Below are positions 52,010 through 64,000 of a DNA stretch of 64,000 nt, piece after piece. The position numbers were made by a program, and so were the translations under genes. The notes below the pieces were generated by a model, which was given only the letters and a program-made list of their open reading frames with translations, searched no databases and had not been told where the DNA came from. The DNA is from Psilocybe cubensis (lineage: Eukaryota), in NCBI GenBank assembly GCA_017499595.2, contig CM039002.1, positions 1,054,001 to 1,118,000 on the forward strand. Reading direction: 5' to 3'. How positions within the stretch are numbered: the stretch's first letter is position 1; the number at the start of each line of letters is the position of its first letter.

Positions 52010-55000
52010 ACGTACAAATACCCTTTCACTTGCATTTTTACCTTATACAACCCCCATATCTTTCCTTCCTCTGTCTTTCAGCCTTGCTAGTTGTACTCTT
52101 GGACTGTGGATGCACCGGCAGCCGGTTCAAGTCGATCTGAAATAACGCTGTCTACTGTCAACGGCGGTTCTAGTTGTGAAGATACCCTCAGCTTCTCTAT
52201 CCTATCATATATCTTGGCCTCGCAGCTCTCTGGCGCTCTCGACTAATTTTCGACCACTCATACTTTTGGGCACGGGAGTGTCAACAAGGCCGTAGGCTCC
52301 ACAGCTTCACTGTCGCTCACACTGAAACATTTCATTCTGTTGACGCATATGCTGCTATGAATCTAATGGTCTACATTTCTCTCTCTACACCTGATACCCA
52401 CACCAATTCAACGCCTGTTGATACTCACCTTGTTTCACTGGTAACCAATGATGTTGACAATGGCAGGTTTGATTTAATTTCCCTGATCCCTGATGGAAGT
52501 TCCAAATATAATTGGAGTCTTGCAAGTTGCAAGCTTGTCGACCGCACTAAACATTGTGGGTTCCGTAGACCCTTGGAGAGTTGCCTCGACTTTCCATTAT
52601 GCCGAACTTCTAGTCGTTGTGTTGGCTCTGATCATGGCGCTAACTGTCGGTTCGTGTACACCCAAGGAGGGGATAGACACCCTTTTCTCATCGCTCACGC
52701 CGACGTCAACGGCACCTTGGTCTCTTGCCGGAAATTTCGGCACAAGTAGATCCCAGTCTACGAATTTATCGCCCTTTCGTGTATTTCTGTCAACTAGGTC
52801 ATGGTCGTCAAGCTTCGCTTGTGTGTTTCCCCCGATGAGGTCGATCTTTTGAAAGTATGGGACTGTACAGGGCTCCACTTATGTTCTGTACTTACTACAT
52901 TACGAGCTGATGCTTTCCAATGTCTTACCACTATTGTGTGCCCACTTATACGGATAGAGTGAGCCGTCGCTATTTATTTTGACATCAACTTCTAATGCGA
53001 TTTTCTCATAGAGCCATATATCCTGACTCGCAGTCGCACAATACAGAAACGATAGACAACTGGAAGACAGTCACATGATTCTCTCCATTCTTCATCATTC
53101 TTTACTTGGCCCCGAGCTCCTTGAAGATAACGAATCTTGTCTTGTACTTTGCCACCAGGCAGAAATGTGTTCTAGATCTCCGCTCTTGCCAAGGTGGTAA
53201 GTTGCTGGGTGTCCCTCCCTTGCTATTTTCAACCCTCAAAAATAACCGACATACTCCAATCGGCCCATACATATCCTCCCCATAACTACATACTGTGATA
53301 TCGCAATTTATTCTGGAATTCCGGGGCAAACTATGTACATAACGAAACCGAAATTCCGACCTGATTTACCTGATCGTTGCGCCAGTTAAACTACACCTCT
53401 CCATCTCAAATCACAGTGTCCAAGGAAACACAAGGCGACGTAGCGTAGCTTATACTGTCTGCGCTTACTTTCTATAGGCCCAAGGCAAGCGAAGAACTTG
53501 AAATATCCCACAGAACTCTAACCTAAATCGCACTCAAAATTCGCTGTAATGCATTACATTTACTTGATGACTTGTCGTCGAGATACATCAATGTCTCGAG
53601 TCTCAACCCCTGATAAGATATCTAGCGATCTCATGTCGACTTTCCAATGCACATTACTTCAAGGAGTTAAACTGGTGATGGCTAGGGTCAATGGCAAGAT
53701 TCTTTGAAATCTTGAAACGGAATCCTAATGACACGACGAATCTGACCAGTCGGCGATGCCGGTCCCCTATAATAAACCACTAGTCGTACTCCCCGATATT
53801 AGGAAGAAGTGAGTGCAGGTTTGGCAAATCTTAGCCACTTCAGATAAATTCCCAAGGATCTACAGCATTTTGGAGGCGCATCCTCCACGGTGCCAATGGA
53901 ATTTGAATTTGCATTGCCTCGGAATTCGGTGCAGTGCTTTTGACATTTCTCTAGAGAATACAGAATAAACGAGGCCGCAACTCGTTCTGAAAATTCCAAA
54001 GGCTACCCTGAGATAAATGTCATATATTCTACCCTTCATTTTTGCAGAGGCGATATCACAGCGTGAATCGTTGGCCACGTTTTCCAGTAGCTACTGCACA
54101 GCACAAGTCCGTCGACCGCGAACTTTACATCGAGTCTACAAGCGTGAAATTCTACCAGGCTTCCATCAGTAGTGTAATTTATGACTCTTACCACCTTAGT
54201 AGCACCTGTCGTGCACCCTAGGACAGCTAACTATTTTCTTCCGTTTCCGAAGATACACCACGAATACGCTACCTCCCGTAAACGGCCAACGTGTGCTGCA
54301 TGGTAGGCATAAAATGTCTTTTCCAATTGGAAGACGCCACAAAATCAAAAGAGTGAAAACATTTTTCTGTTTCCTCGGAGTCACTTGCACCGCTGCACTT
54401 GATCCTCGTGTCGCAGTTCCCGATAATTAGTACAATTCCACCGTTTACAAGCCCCTGTGTGTACCCCAGGCCTCCCTCCGGCCTGGTTAATACACCATGT
54501 CCGAACAGCTTCTCGTCGCTCAGATTGGAAACCCAAGTACAGGTGTACTAGGAAAGTGTCAACGGCCTTAATTGGGTGAGTCCAACATGACAATCCCGTC
54601 CGCTCTTGCTTCCGACGTGCACGCCGGAAAAGACAAAAAAATATGGCTCACAGAACCTCACAGTGACGCGGACGCGTGATTTGGTTGTCTAAGTTGAGGC
54701 TATATAGCACTTAGTCTCCGAATTTAGCTCAGAAGCTCATGGCAGATCCAAGTCAAGGTGAACAGAAACGACATATACTTTTGATCATAACTACTATATT
54801 CTCTGTCGAGATCTTGAAGCCATAGTAGCAAATTTGTATACGGCATCTGATTGTTTTTTGGTAATCCTCATGAGTGTTCGCACTCCTTTTGACATATACA
54901 TTTCTCTACCAGGAAACGATGATGGTTTGACTCAGGAGCGTGCGACGCTGCCGACAGAAATGAACTTGAGTAAGGATCTCTGCAGCTATTCCTTTCAAAA

Positions 55001-57375
55001 ATTATCCTTTGCGTACAATACAGCCTTACACAGCACATGGCCGTCGTTCGTAAACGATTAATAGAATTTAACCGACTAATCAGCCCAAGAACCATTATCA
55101 TTAGGTGAGAGTCCAGTTAACATCGGTCGATCCACTAGAGATGATTATCACGTCTTCCCTCCCCTCTTATCGCATTGGATTATTTCCTATTGGTACCTTT
55201 TGTTCTTGTGAACCTGAACGCAAACGTCATTGATCCAAAGTTGGCATAGCGTGATCATCGTATTGCAGCCGAGTCTAAGTCAAGACGTGATGATGCACGA
55301 CAGACTCCATCGTCCGTGTCCGGGACTGAAAACGGCGGACCGCGACAATGTTTAAAGACTGCGCATCTCTCGCATGATTATTCTCCGTCAGTCGGTCGTT
55401 CAACATTTTAGTTTTTAATTACCATCAATTGTTTCGGAGCACCAATTGTTGTTGTGGGATTCATGGCTCATTGCTCGTCGGCCATCTGCCACTTTTTTCA
55501 AAGCCGCAGTTCCGAGCAAAGACTCATCGCTCATTGAACGTGTGTAAGCAACGGGAAATTTGCTTCAACAATGATCTGAAGGTTGACGGTGGCGAGTACT
55601 CGTTGACACCGTGCAAACTTTGTAAAAAGGGCTGTGAGTGCTCTGCAGGCATGCTGCAGAGTCACGAAAAATCCAGTACACAAACCATGAGTGATTTGCA
55701 GTGCGTTTAGTATTTCAGAATCGCACGGCTAAAAATAACCTTTAAATGAGATCCCACTGACACAGGCATATGACATCTCCTTCTACTTTCCAGAAGGCCT
55801 CGTTGTTGATCAGTAGTCATCGGCACGCGTCATAGGCCATCATCAGGCCAAAAAAGTGCAAAGAGAGGACACCCATTCGTGAGGTGCAGGGGTTCTTTCC
55901 ATTTTGCAGAAGGCTTAAATTTCTAATGTTAGCACTTTCATGATCTACCAGTGTACAAGTCCAGCCAGATTTGGCCCATGGATGAGTTCGCCGTGGCATG
56001 CTCAAGAAACTCATCTGTCTGAACGCGAAGCTCGTCGATTATACCTCGGTCGAGCTGCGGAGAACAATGACTCTTCAGGCTCAGCAATCATAGTGCGACC
56101 TCGAGCCACCTTCTAAGTCCAACGTCGCCAGAAACGAGGCTGACATAAATGGACACATCAATCCAGGATAACAAGTAAGGTTTACACGGGTAAAGTGAAT
56201 CTTGTCTCGGCCATTGGCATCCCGGTATACTTCACAAGTAAGCTATGATGGCTGGACATAGCCGCTTGTCCTCACTAATCCTGAGATGTGTCTGCCACGT
56301 CCCATAAATTAAAACCTCCCAAGCTCGACAAGAGATATCATGAATCAAGGGCGCGTTCGAAAAGTGCGCCGACCTGAGTCTGTGGTCATGCCAACTGACG
56401 TCTCCCTTTCATACAAGCTGGCACATCTCTCTCTACACACCCACCCGCGGTGTCAAACTCTCCGGACCCGTCAAAAAGTTGCGCGAGCTTTGATGTGCTA
56501 TTAATAGATCATTTGTCCAAATCAGGCACCGTATGGGAAACACTTGTACACCAGCTATACGGACGAGTTTGAAAAGCGATAGCAGGGCACAGATATGTGG
56601 ATTGTTAAATCTGCTAGACATATGCAGAACAAGGTGAACTGGAGTACAATTTAGCCGACTGTTTCTTTCGCGTTCATCACAGGCAGAATGTTTTTATTCA
56701 CCGAGTCGAAACGTTAGTGGTGAACAATAACCCCTAGAATCCCAGCTCGTAGCTAGCCAAATCCCAATTTCCACATTAATACAGCTAAGATCCGACAAAA
56801 TAAAACGGTGACTGTATTGTACTAAACTTCACGAACCAGATAAGATCTCATTTATTTTTTCTTGTTGCACAATCCACAGTCGAAGGTTGACAGAACCAAT
56901 TATTTCATAAATCGAAACACATGAAAAAGCCAGCGCAAATGCCAGCAATGTATAGAAACAGACAAATGGAACCATATGACTCTCCCGATACAGAAACAAC
57001 ATCATTTATCGACGCTCATGCGAGACAACCTTTCCAGCATGCTCAACGGACAGGGTTTCCCTTGATCATGATGCTAACAACAACAAGTTCCCCCTAAATG
57101 AGCACAGCGGGTAAAGTAATAAATTGAACGGACACAGTGAATCTTCGATCAATCATTTACTCAATTCAATTTCGCGCGCCCACCACGAACCGTGCTTGAA
57201 TAGAAGGCCTAAACAGAGGAGACATGTACAAATATGTCCAACAACGCTCAGGGGACTGGGCAAAAAAAGAATATGAATCCCAAAGCGAACACATTTGTGG
57301 CGAGAAGAAAGAAGAGAGAGCTATATCAGATTGCTTTATTGGAACAACGAATCGATATTTCAGTGAAGAAAAAAA

Positions 57376-57815
57376 TCAACAAAAAATGATATTAACATCC
57401 TCGACGGAAAAAATGCAAACATATTAAAAATTCTAACAAAAGAAAACGAGAGTACCTGAGGTCCATAATAATCAAAAAAATGAACGGGAAAAGTCAAACT
57501 TCCCTATGATCAGGTATCCAGACCTGAAAATATCCGACTGCCGTTTACTCCTGTCTACACACCACACCGAATAATCCCAACCCATCGCATACTGACTTGC
57601 CGACAATCACAACTATATCACCCATCGATGATCTCATCCCACCATCTACCGTCTTTCAGAATTTCACCGACATCTTTCATCTTCCAGTCGTAAAGATATA
57701 GGAAGCAGTTGAATTTCCACATCCACCTCCAACCCTACCCTATCTGACTCCACCTCAACACCCATCTTTCGTCGCCAGCCAGCGCGCTGATGCGCGGCGA
57801 GTTATGAAGCGCGCG
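57376..57815 (-). pseudogene. Decayed partial duplicate of the VTC4 3' end and 3' UTR
   Basis: Collinear identical blocks: TCAACAAAAAATGAT 57376/58920, ATGAACGGGAAAA 57480/59046, ATCTGACTCCACCTCAAC 57742/59396, TTCGTCGCCAGC 57768/59420. Confidence 0.85.
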
Positions 57816-59115
57816 GCTCGGCGGCGCGCGTGTCGGGGATTCGGAGATTTAAATTTGATTCCCACCAAACAAACGGTTGAACTTCAATTGAACTTGTGCC
57901 GACGTGGTGCACCAAAATCCTCAGTCGCACCCCCATCCCGAACTCGTACTGTCCTCATTGAACTGATTGGCACCATACGTGGTGGCATAAATCAGTGGAT
58001 TCTAGACTGGGTCAGTGACTTTCTTCTGGTTAGTTTCTTTAATTACTATGATATAGTAACATAACCCATACGAGTTACAGCAGGAGACGCGCCCATATAT
58101 CTTCAGAATACCTATTGAACTGATTATTGAAATTCTCAATTTTTTGGAATGGAGAGAAGTATTAATTGTGCGACAAGTATGTGGACGATGTCATTTGCAG
58201 TTTACTGCAGACCTAAACCCCGCAATCTAGACGTGTAAATATCTCGCCGGTGTAACGGCGTCTAGTGTCATATGGAAGATGTTTATCGATGAATACACTT
58301 TAAAAAAGTTGTATGCCGCCAAAAATAAGGCGATCTCTCGCATCACATTCCTCTCGGGAGCTCGAGTATCTGTTCCTTCGATGGAAAAGTGCAGATCTTG
58401 CTTTTGGGTCCGAAAAATTCCATCTTCCTCGAGAACGCACGTTCATGGGGCCCAAACCAGAATCCCTCCGTATCATTAGGTGTCCCTGACTGGCTCACCA
58501 CCGTCTATGACTGACATTGCTCGCAACGAAAGGGTCTGTCTTCAACAAAGTGCTTGTTATCATGGAGGCGCCAAGCGTAAGATTGCCATGGTTCGCCCCC
58601 ACAAGATGCGTATTTTTGAGTATTCACAGACGTCTGCTGAGCCGACAGTAGTCCGTCAAGAAGGGACCTTGTAGATGCGCAATATCTCCTACATCGTCGC
58701 CGATGACACTATTGGGAGATGTGTTTGGTGACGAAGAATACGTAAACCAGACCAAATTTCATGTGGTAGAATTTGGCAGACCGCTGAATAAATGTTAAGG
58801 CCATTTTATTTGTACTTGCCAATCCACTCAGCTCTTATCAAGTTATAAGTAGAGAAGAGTCAAGACAAACCCACACAAAACAAAATCGAACAAATCCAAA
58901 ACCACACTTCAACGAAAATTCAACAAAAAATGATTTTAAGATCTTAAACAAAGATAAAAACAATGCAAACATATCAGAATATTTTTAACAGAGAACAAGA
59001 AAAAGAGAGCAACTAAGCTTGAGGTCCGTCATAATTAAAAAAAGAATGAACGGGAAAAAAAGCAAACTTCCCTCTGATCGGGTATCCACTCAATAAAATG
59101 TCCAACTCCCCGTCT

Positions 59116-59148
59116 ACACACACACACACACACCGAGAGAGAGAGAGA
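59116..59148. repeat. Compound microsatellite (AC)9-C-(GA)7 downstream of the VTC4 stop
   Basis: Directly visible in the sequence. Confidence 0.9.
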
Positions 59149-59391
59149 CCGAGTGCGAAAAATCGCATTCCATTCAAAGAAAAAATCCCATGCCATCCCA
59201 TCATCACTCATCGACAATCACAACCATATCACCCACCCGAAGACCATTACATCCCGTATCTTCCATTCCAATCTAGAAGATTAGAAGAAGCCGGAGATCC
59301 TCAATGTGCGTCGCATCCCATAGCAGCCCATCGAATCCATAATCACATCCACATCCACATCCATCATACCCCCACACCACCGCACCGCACC

Positions 59392-62300
59392 CTACATCTG
59401 ACTCCACCTCAACCCCACATTCGTCGCCAGCGCCACAAACAACACCGCACAAAGCGCCGTAGGCCCATACCGATCATAATACAACCCCGACGCCTGCCTC
59501 TCCCTCAACTTCCACGATCGATACACAAATATTCCCGCAGAATATGCAATAGCCATCAGCGCGGCGAGCGTGAAGAGCGCTGCGCTGATTAAACCGCGTG
59601 TATCGTCTGCTGGGGTGAAGTTGAGGAGTGTGGTGGCGATTGTGCCGATGAAGACTGCGTTGTTTAGCCATTTCTGTGTGTGTGGAAGAAAAAAAGTAGT
59701 GTTAGGTTTGAGTCGAGAGTAGAATTGCAAGCAGAAAAAAAAGAAACGTACCAAGAACGTCCGCTCAGCAGCAAAATACACCTTCGGCTCAATCCTCACA
59801 GGTATAGCAATAAGCTTACCCTCCGGTGCGCGCCAATTCCGCTCCAAAATCCTATCATCCCCGTTCTTCCTCCCAAGCGCAGCAGCCTCCTCTGCCTCAT
59901 CACCCCGCGGCCTCTCGTCATTGTCCTCGTCATCATCATCAGCAGCCTCTTCGTCGTTCCTCAGCCCATATTGCTGAGCAGCATGCCGTGAAGAGCGTGA
60001 CCCCGAGCGCGAACCGCGCGGGCGTCTACGCGCGCTGCCCAACGACGACGTCGACCTGCGCGCCTTGGGTCTCACACCTGACTGGTCATCACCACCATCG
60101 CCATCGCCATTCCCATTGGCAGCGGCGCGCCGACGGCGCTTCGCCTCCTCACCCTCAAGCCTATCCTTCAACCGCTCATCAAACGCCAACGACGGCGCGA
60201 GCGGGTCAATCGAAAGCGCCGCCTTCCCAATACCGGTCGATAGATGCCTGCCCATCTCCGGGCGCTGGTGTTTATATGATTTCCCATTCACCTGCCCATT
60301 CACCTCTGCAATCTTCACATGGCTTTCCTCACCCTCACCTTCATCCGCATCCACAGCGCGAATAGCCTCCTTCTCCTTCCCAGCCTTCTTCGCGCGCTTG
60401 CGATTCTCCTCGATTTCTTCCTCCTGCTTGTGCGCATTGAGCATCCGCTCGCGGTACGCAACAGCAGCTTTCACATCGTCCCCACTCAACCCTGTGCGCT
60501 TGCCCAGATCCTCATTCCGCGCAGGCTCGAGCTTCTTCTTCTTCTTCTGCTTCTTCTTGCCCTCGGTATTTTCACCCTTGGTGTTCTCCTCATCAGCCTC
60601 CTCCTCCTCTTCATCCTCAGCAAACTGATATCCATCCTCCTCCTCCCCCTCCGACAAAGGCTCCGTATAAATCCCCATGCCCACACCCGCACTCGGCCCA
60701 AGCTCCGGCGAGCTCGTCCCCGCCGACGCGGTACCAGACGCAATCGTATGGCGAGACGAAGACGCCGGTGTGCCCGCCCCACCGCGCCCCGACGACGGCT
60801 GGCTGTTCGCTCCTGACCCGGAGGGCCGCTCGATGACGCTCAGGTATCCGGTGTCGGGTTTGAGAATGTCCACGTCCACTGTTGTGAGAAATGATGAACG
60901 ATAAATGAGAATGTGGGTGAGAATGTGGATGTGTAATGTATGAAGTTTGAACACCTACTTTGGGGTAACCAGAACGGCACGAGATCGACGCGCGTCGGGA
61001 GGAGCGTCGCACATCCATGGATAAATTTACTATATCACAAATCAAAAGTACAAGTAAAAGCAAAAAGCAAAAGTTATTAGCAAACCCCTTCAAAAAAAAG
61101 TGAAAGAAAGACCAGGAAACACACCTGAACTTCGGCACAGCTTCCACCAAATGCGACTGCACAAGGTCCGTAACCCACTTGGGTGGCTGCTGCCCAAACT
61201 GCGTCTGAAGCTTCACTTCCAAGACTCCATACCTGTAAAAAAAATCCAGAAACATCAGTCACCAATCCCAAATCTCCAGCGTCCCCAAAAAATTTTTTTT
61301 TAAAAAAAAAAAACAGAAAAAGAAAACCTCGAAACTTACTTGAAAATCTCTTTATCCTCCTCCGGCACCCCTTCAAACGGAAAATCAATCCCCACATCCG
61401 TGCGGCGCCAATTATCGCCCGAGCGCGTCCGGCCGTCCCAGTTATCCTCACGAATGAGCGTGAGCTCCGTGTCAAGCGAGATCCGCACGCGCGCGTCGCC
61501 TGGGAGTTGGAAGGCCGTGCGGTTGTAGAATGAACGCATGACTGGGGAGGGTTGTTTAGAAAGAGAGAGAAGAGGCGATTAATATGGTTGTGTTGAGAAG
61601 TGTAAAGCGGAAAGCGTAGAAGTTAAAAAACCAAACAAAAAAACTCACCAGGCACCAACCCCTTCGTCAAAATCCTATACTGCACCTCATTCGCCAACTG
61701 ACACATCGCATCCACCTCCGCCTGCGTCTTCTTTCCCCTCTTTACCAACTGCTGAAAATCCTCATCGACCGTGTACTCCCCGCGCAGGAAGGGCACGACG
61801 AGGTGTTCTTTCAGTGGGAAGCGCGCTTTGACGGATTTTTCGCCCGTCCAATCTTCTCTGTGCGTTTTGCGCTCGACGAATATCTGTGGAGAAGGAGGGA
61901 AGGGTTGGGTTAGGTTAGGTATTGGAAGTTGGGTGAAAGGAAGGGACGTACAGTTTTAGTATCGACATCACCATACCACCTCAGCCGAATCGCTTCTGCA
62001 CCCTCCGTCTTCTCCAACCTCCCAAGGTACAACTCCAAATCCTCATTATCAAAATAAATCGACGTGATAGCTAAAAAAAACACCAGCTCTCGTAAATGCA
62101 AAATGTTCAATGTCAAGTTGACGGGGGGTATGTGACGTACCAGCGTCTTTAGGCTCAAACTCTTTATCGGGGTTAAACACTACACCGCACAAACCATTCC
62201 AGATGAGCGACCAACGAACAAGCGAACCGAGCAACAACAAAAACAACAAAAGAAACACGTACCCAACACAGGCAAATGCCTCAAGATCGCCAACTTCAAC

Positions 62301-63405
62301 GGGACAAGGTTATCCTGATGGACCCAATACTTTGTCGTCTGCCTTACGAACGCACTCTGGCTGCCGCCCGCGGCGGAGTCGCCCTGGACGGGGTGGCCGC
62401 GCGTGCGGACGAGGTCATAGAGCTTGGAGAGTTTGACGATGAGTGCGTCCCAGTTATATTTGTAAAAGGGCCGCTTTTCGAGGTAGTCTTGGATGAAGGA
62501 GGTTTTGAGTGCGAGGTGGGTTTGTTTCTGTAAAAGCGCGTGGGTTAGATAATGTGTGAATTCGAATTTGAATTTGGAGTTGGATAAGAGACTTACGTCG
62601 TGTTTCTATGTGGATGGAAAGGGGTCGGTTGTAACGACGATAAGCGCTCCCAAGAACAACAGAAAAAAAAACGATGGAAAGCGAACCTTGAGAATTTTCA
62701 TGAACCCAGTGATATTAAGCTTCGTATACAGCGCAAGGTCATGTACATCCGCAACGAGGATGGCAACTTCCTCTTCGAGCCCATGGAAGCGCTCTTCAAG
62801 CGCATCGAAGCTCTCGTCCGATTCTTCCTCCTCCTCCTCGTCAGAGAGGTCGTCGTCGGAGCCAGCGTCGTGCGCGTACGGGTCGCGGCGCTGCGTCTGA
62901 CTCTCGGCGTCGAGCAGCTGTTCGGAAGAGCGGGCAGCGCGCGGCTGCTTGGAGGGTGTGGACGCGGAGGAGCGGTGTGCTTCGGTGTCCTCTACGACGA
63001 GAGCTTGTACGTCTTTTTCGGCCTCGTGTATTCGGCGGGAGAGCTCGGAGGTCTATTAAAGTTGGCTATTAACTATAGAGTAGACAGCAAGGGATCACGG
63101 ACTTTGGCTTTTTGAAAGTCGTGGATCTTGTCAAGCTCTTTGGTGAGCATGAGGGTGAACTCGTGTTCATCCTTCTCGGACCAGCCCGTCTGGGAGGTTG
63201 TGCGTGTCTAGATGCATGTAAAAGAGGATCAGATAGGAAGGGAAAGGTGAAATGAAAAAAAGATTACTTTGAGCTCGCGCTTGAGACCGTTGTAGTCTAG
63301 ATAAAAGGGGCGCCATTCGTTGTAGAGGTCGGTCTGTGAAGTAATTAGACAGAATTCAAGAAAAGAGATAAACTGACGGACACTGATCTTTGTGCCAAAC
63401 TTCAT
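59392..63405 (-). CDS. VTC4: Vacuolar polyphosphate polymerase Vtc4 (SPX + VTC catalytic domain + 3 TM)
   Basis: [98 protein letters not shown]. Confidence 0.95.
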
Positions 63406-63493
63406 TGGGGATGGAGGGTGGCTGGGAGGAAAGAGGGCGGAGGATTAACTTGAAGCGGAGGAGAGACACAAACGTGCGTGCCCGTCGTCATAT

Positions 63494-63503
63494 ATCACGT
63501 GAT
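63494..63503. promoter_or_regulatory. Palindromic E-box ATCACGTGAT in the VTC4/GTR2-like bidirectional promoter
   Basis: Perfect 10-bp palindrome within the 146-bp spacer between the two ATGs. Confidence 0.55.
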
Positions 63504-63551
63504 GGAGTAGAGATGGAATGTGTTTTCGGGAAAAAGAGCCGAGGTGCTTCA

Positions 63552-64000
63552 ATGTCTGTTCCCAATTACTCGTCGACCGCGAAGAGGGCGACTGTCAATG
63601 GCGCCAACAACCACCGCACAAAGATTTTGCTGCTCGGCCTGCGCAGGTGTGTGTGGTATCATTGAGATAGTCATAAACGCTGACCTTTGTAGAGCGGGCA
63701 AGACGTCGATCCAGCAGGTGCTGTTCAACAACCTGCCTCCGAACCAGACGTTCTATCTCGAGACGACGATGCGGATCGTGAAACACCAGATAGAGTGCGT
63801 TGACTTGTGGGCTCTCTGTCTCTGCGCCTCTGACGCCGCGTAGCACGGTGATCCCGCTCGAGCTGTGGGACTGCCCGGCCAACACGACCGTCGAGTCGCT
63901 CGGTGCACCGCTCTCGCAGTTTTCAACTATCATCTTTGTGATTGACATACGCGTATGCTCATCTTTAGCGATATAACTGCGTGTGCTAACTATATTCTAG
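63552..64000 (+). CDS. Gtr2/RagC-like GTPase, 5' part (truncated by window end)
   Basis: KILLLGLRR-AGKTSIQQVLFNNLPPNQTFYLETT..LELWDCPAN..IIFVID across three exons. Confidence 0.8.

Noticed and set aside
52120..52140. B-box-like GGTTCAAGTC (similar strings at 19271 and 37613) suggesting tRNA
   Set aside because: No T-stem or cloverleaf pairing
55287..55330. GTGATGA...CTGA resembling a box C/D snoRNA
   Set aside because: Only about 43 nt between outer box ends, with no terminal stem or evident guide
3226..63405. Inositol-phosphate theme (Dbp5-InsP6, PH domains, SPX)
   Set aside because: Genes are far apart and interspersed; likely coincidental
1..64000. CRISPR arrays, rRNA, intact transposase/RT genes, pheromone or MSDIN-type precursors
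   Set aside because: None recognised by eye; very short precursors could have been missed

Overview
Intron-rich fungal genomic DNA, most consistent with an agaricomycete: introns are mostly ~50-85 nt and the fatty acid synthase is a single-chain gene. Gene order: 5' end of an amino-acid permease built from micro-exons (not recognisable in the ORF track), POF1-like NMN adenylyltransferase, DBP5, a ~13 kb FAS head-to-head with CYP51/ERG11, PWP1, two tandem DUF4419 genes, a Kelch type-I membrane protein, a non-coding accessory interval, ACB1, a dual-PH protein, two tandem Pro1-like Zn2Cys6 factors, an ~8 kb gene-poor stretch, VTC4, and head-to-head with it a divergent Gtr2/RagC-like GTPase running off the end. 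The accessory interval holds a fully paired 28-bp hairpin, a run of canonical introns without an ORF, and an orphan UTP10 exon. Best leads: the hairpin plus spliced non-coding locus (candidate milRNA host, 32.3-34.2 kb), the FAS-CYP51 divergent pair, a 41-bp palindrome upstream of ACB1, and the 146-bp E-box promoter shared by VTC4 and the Rag GTPase. All family calls rest on motif recognition by eye; no searches were run.
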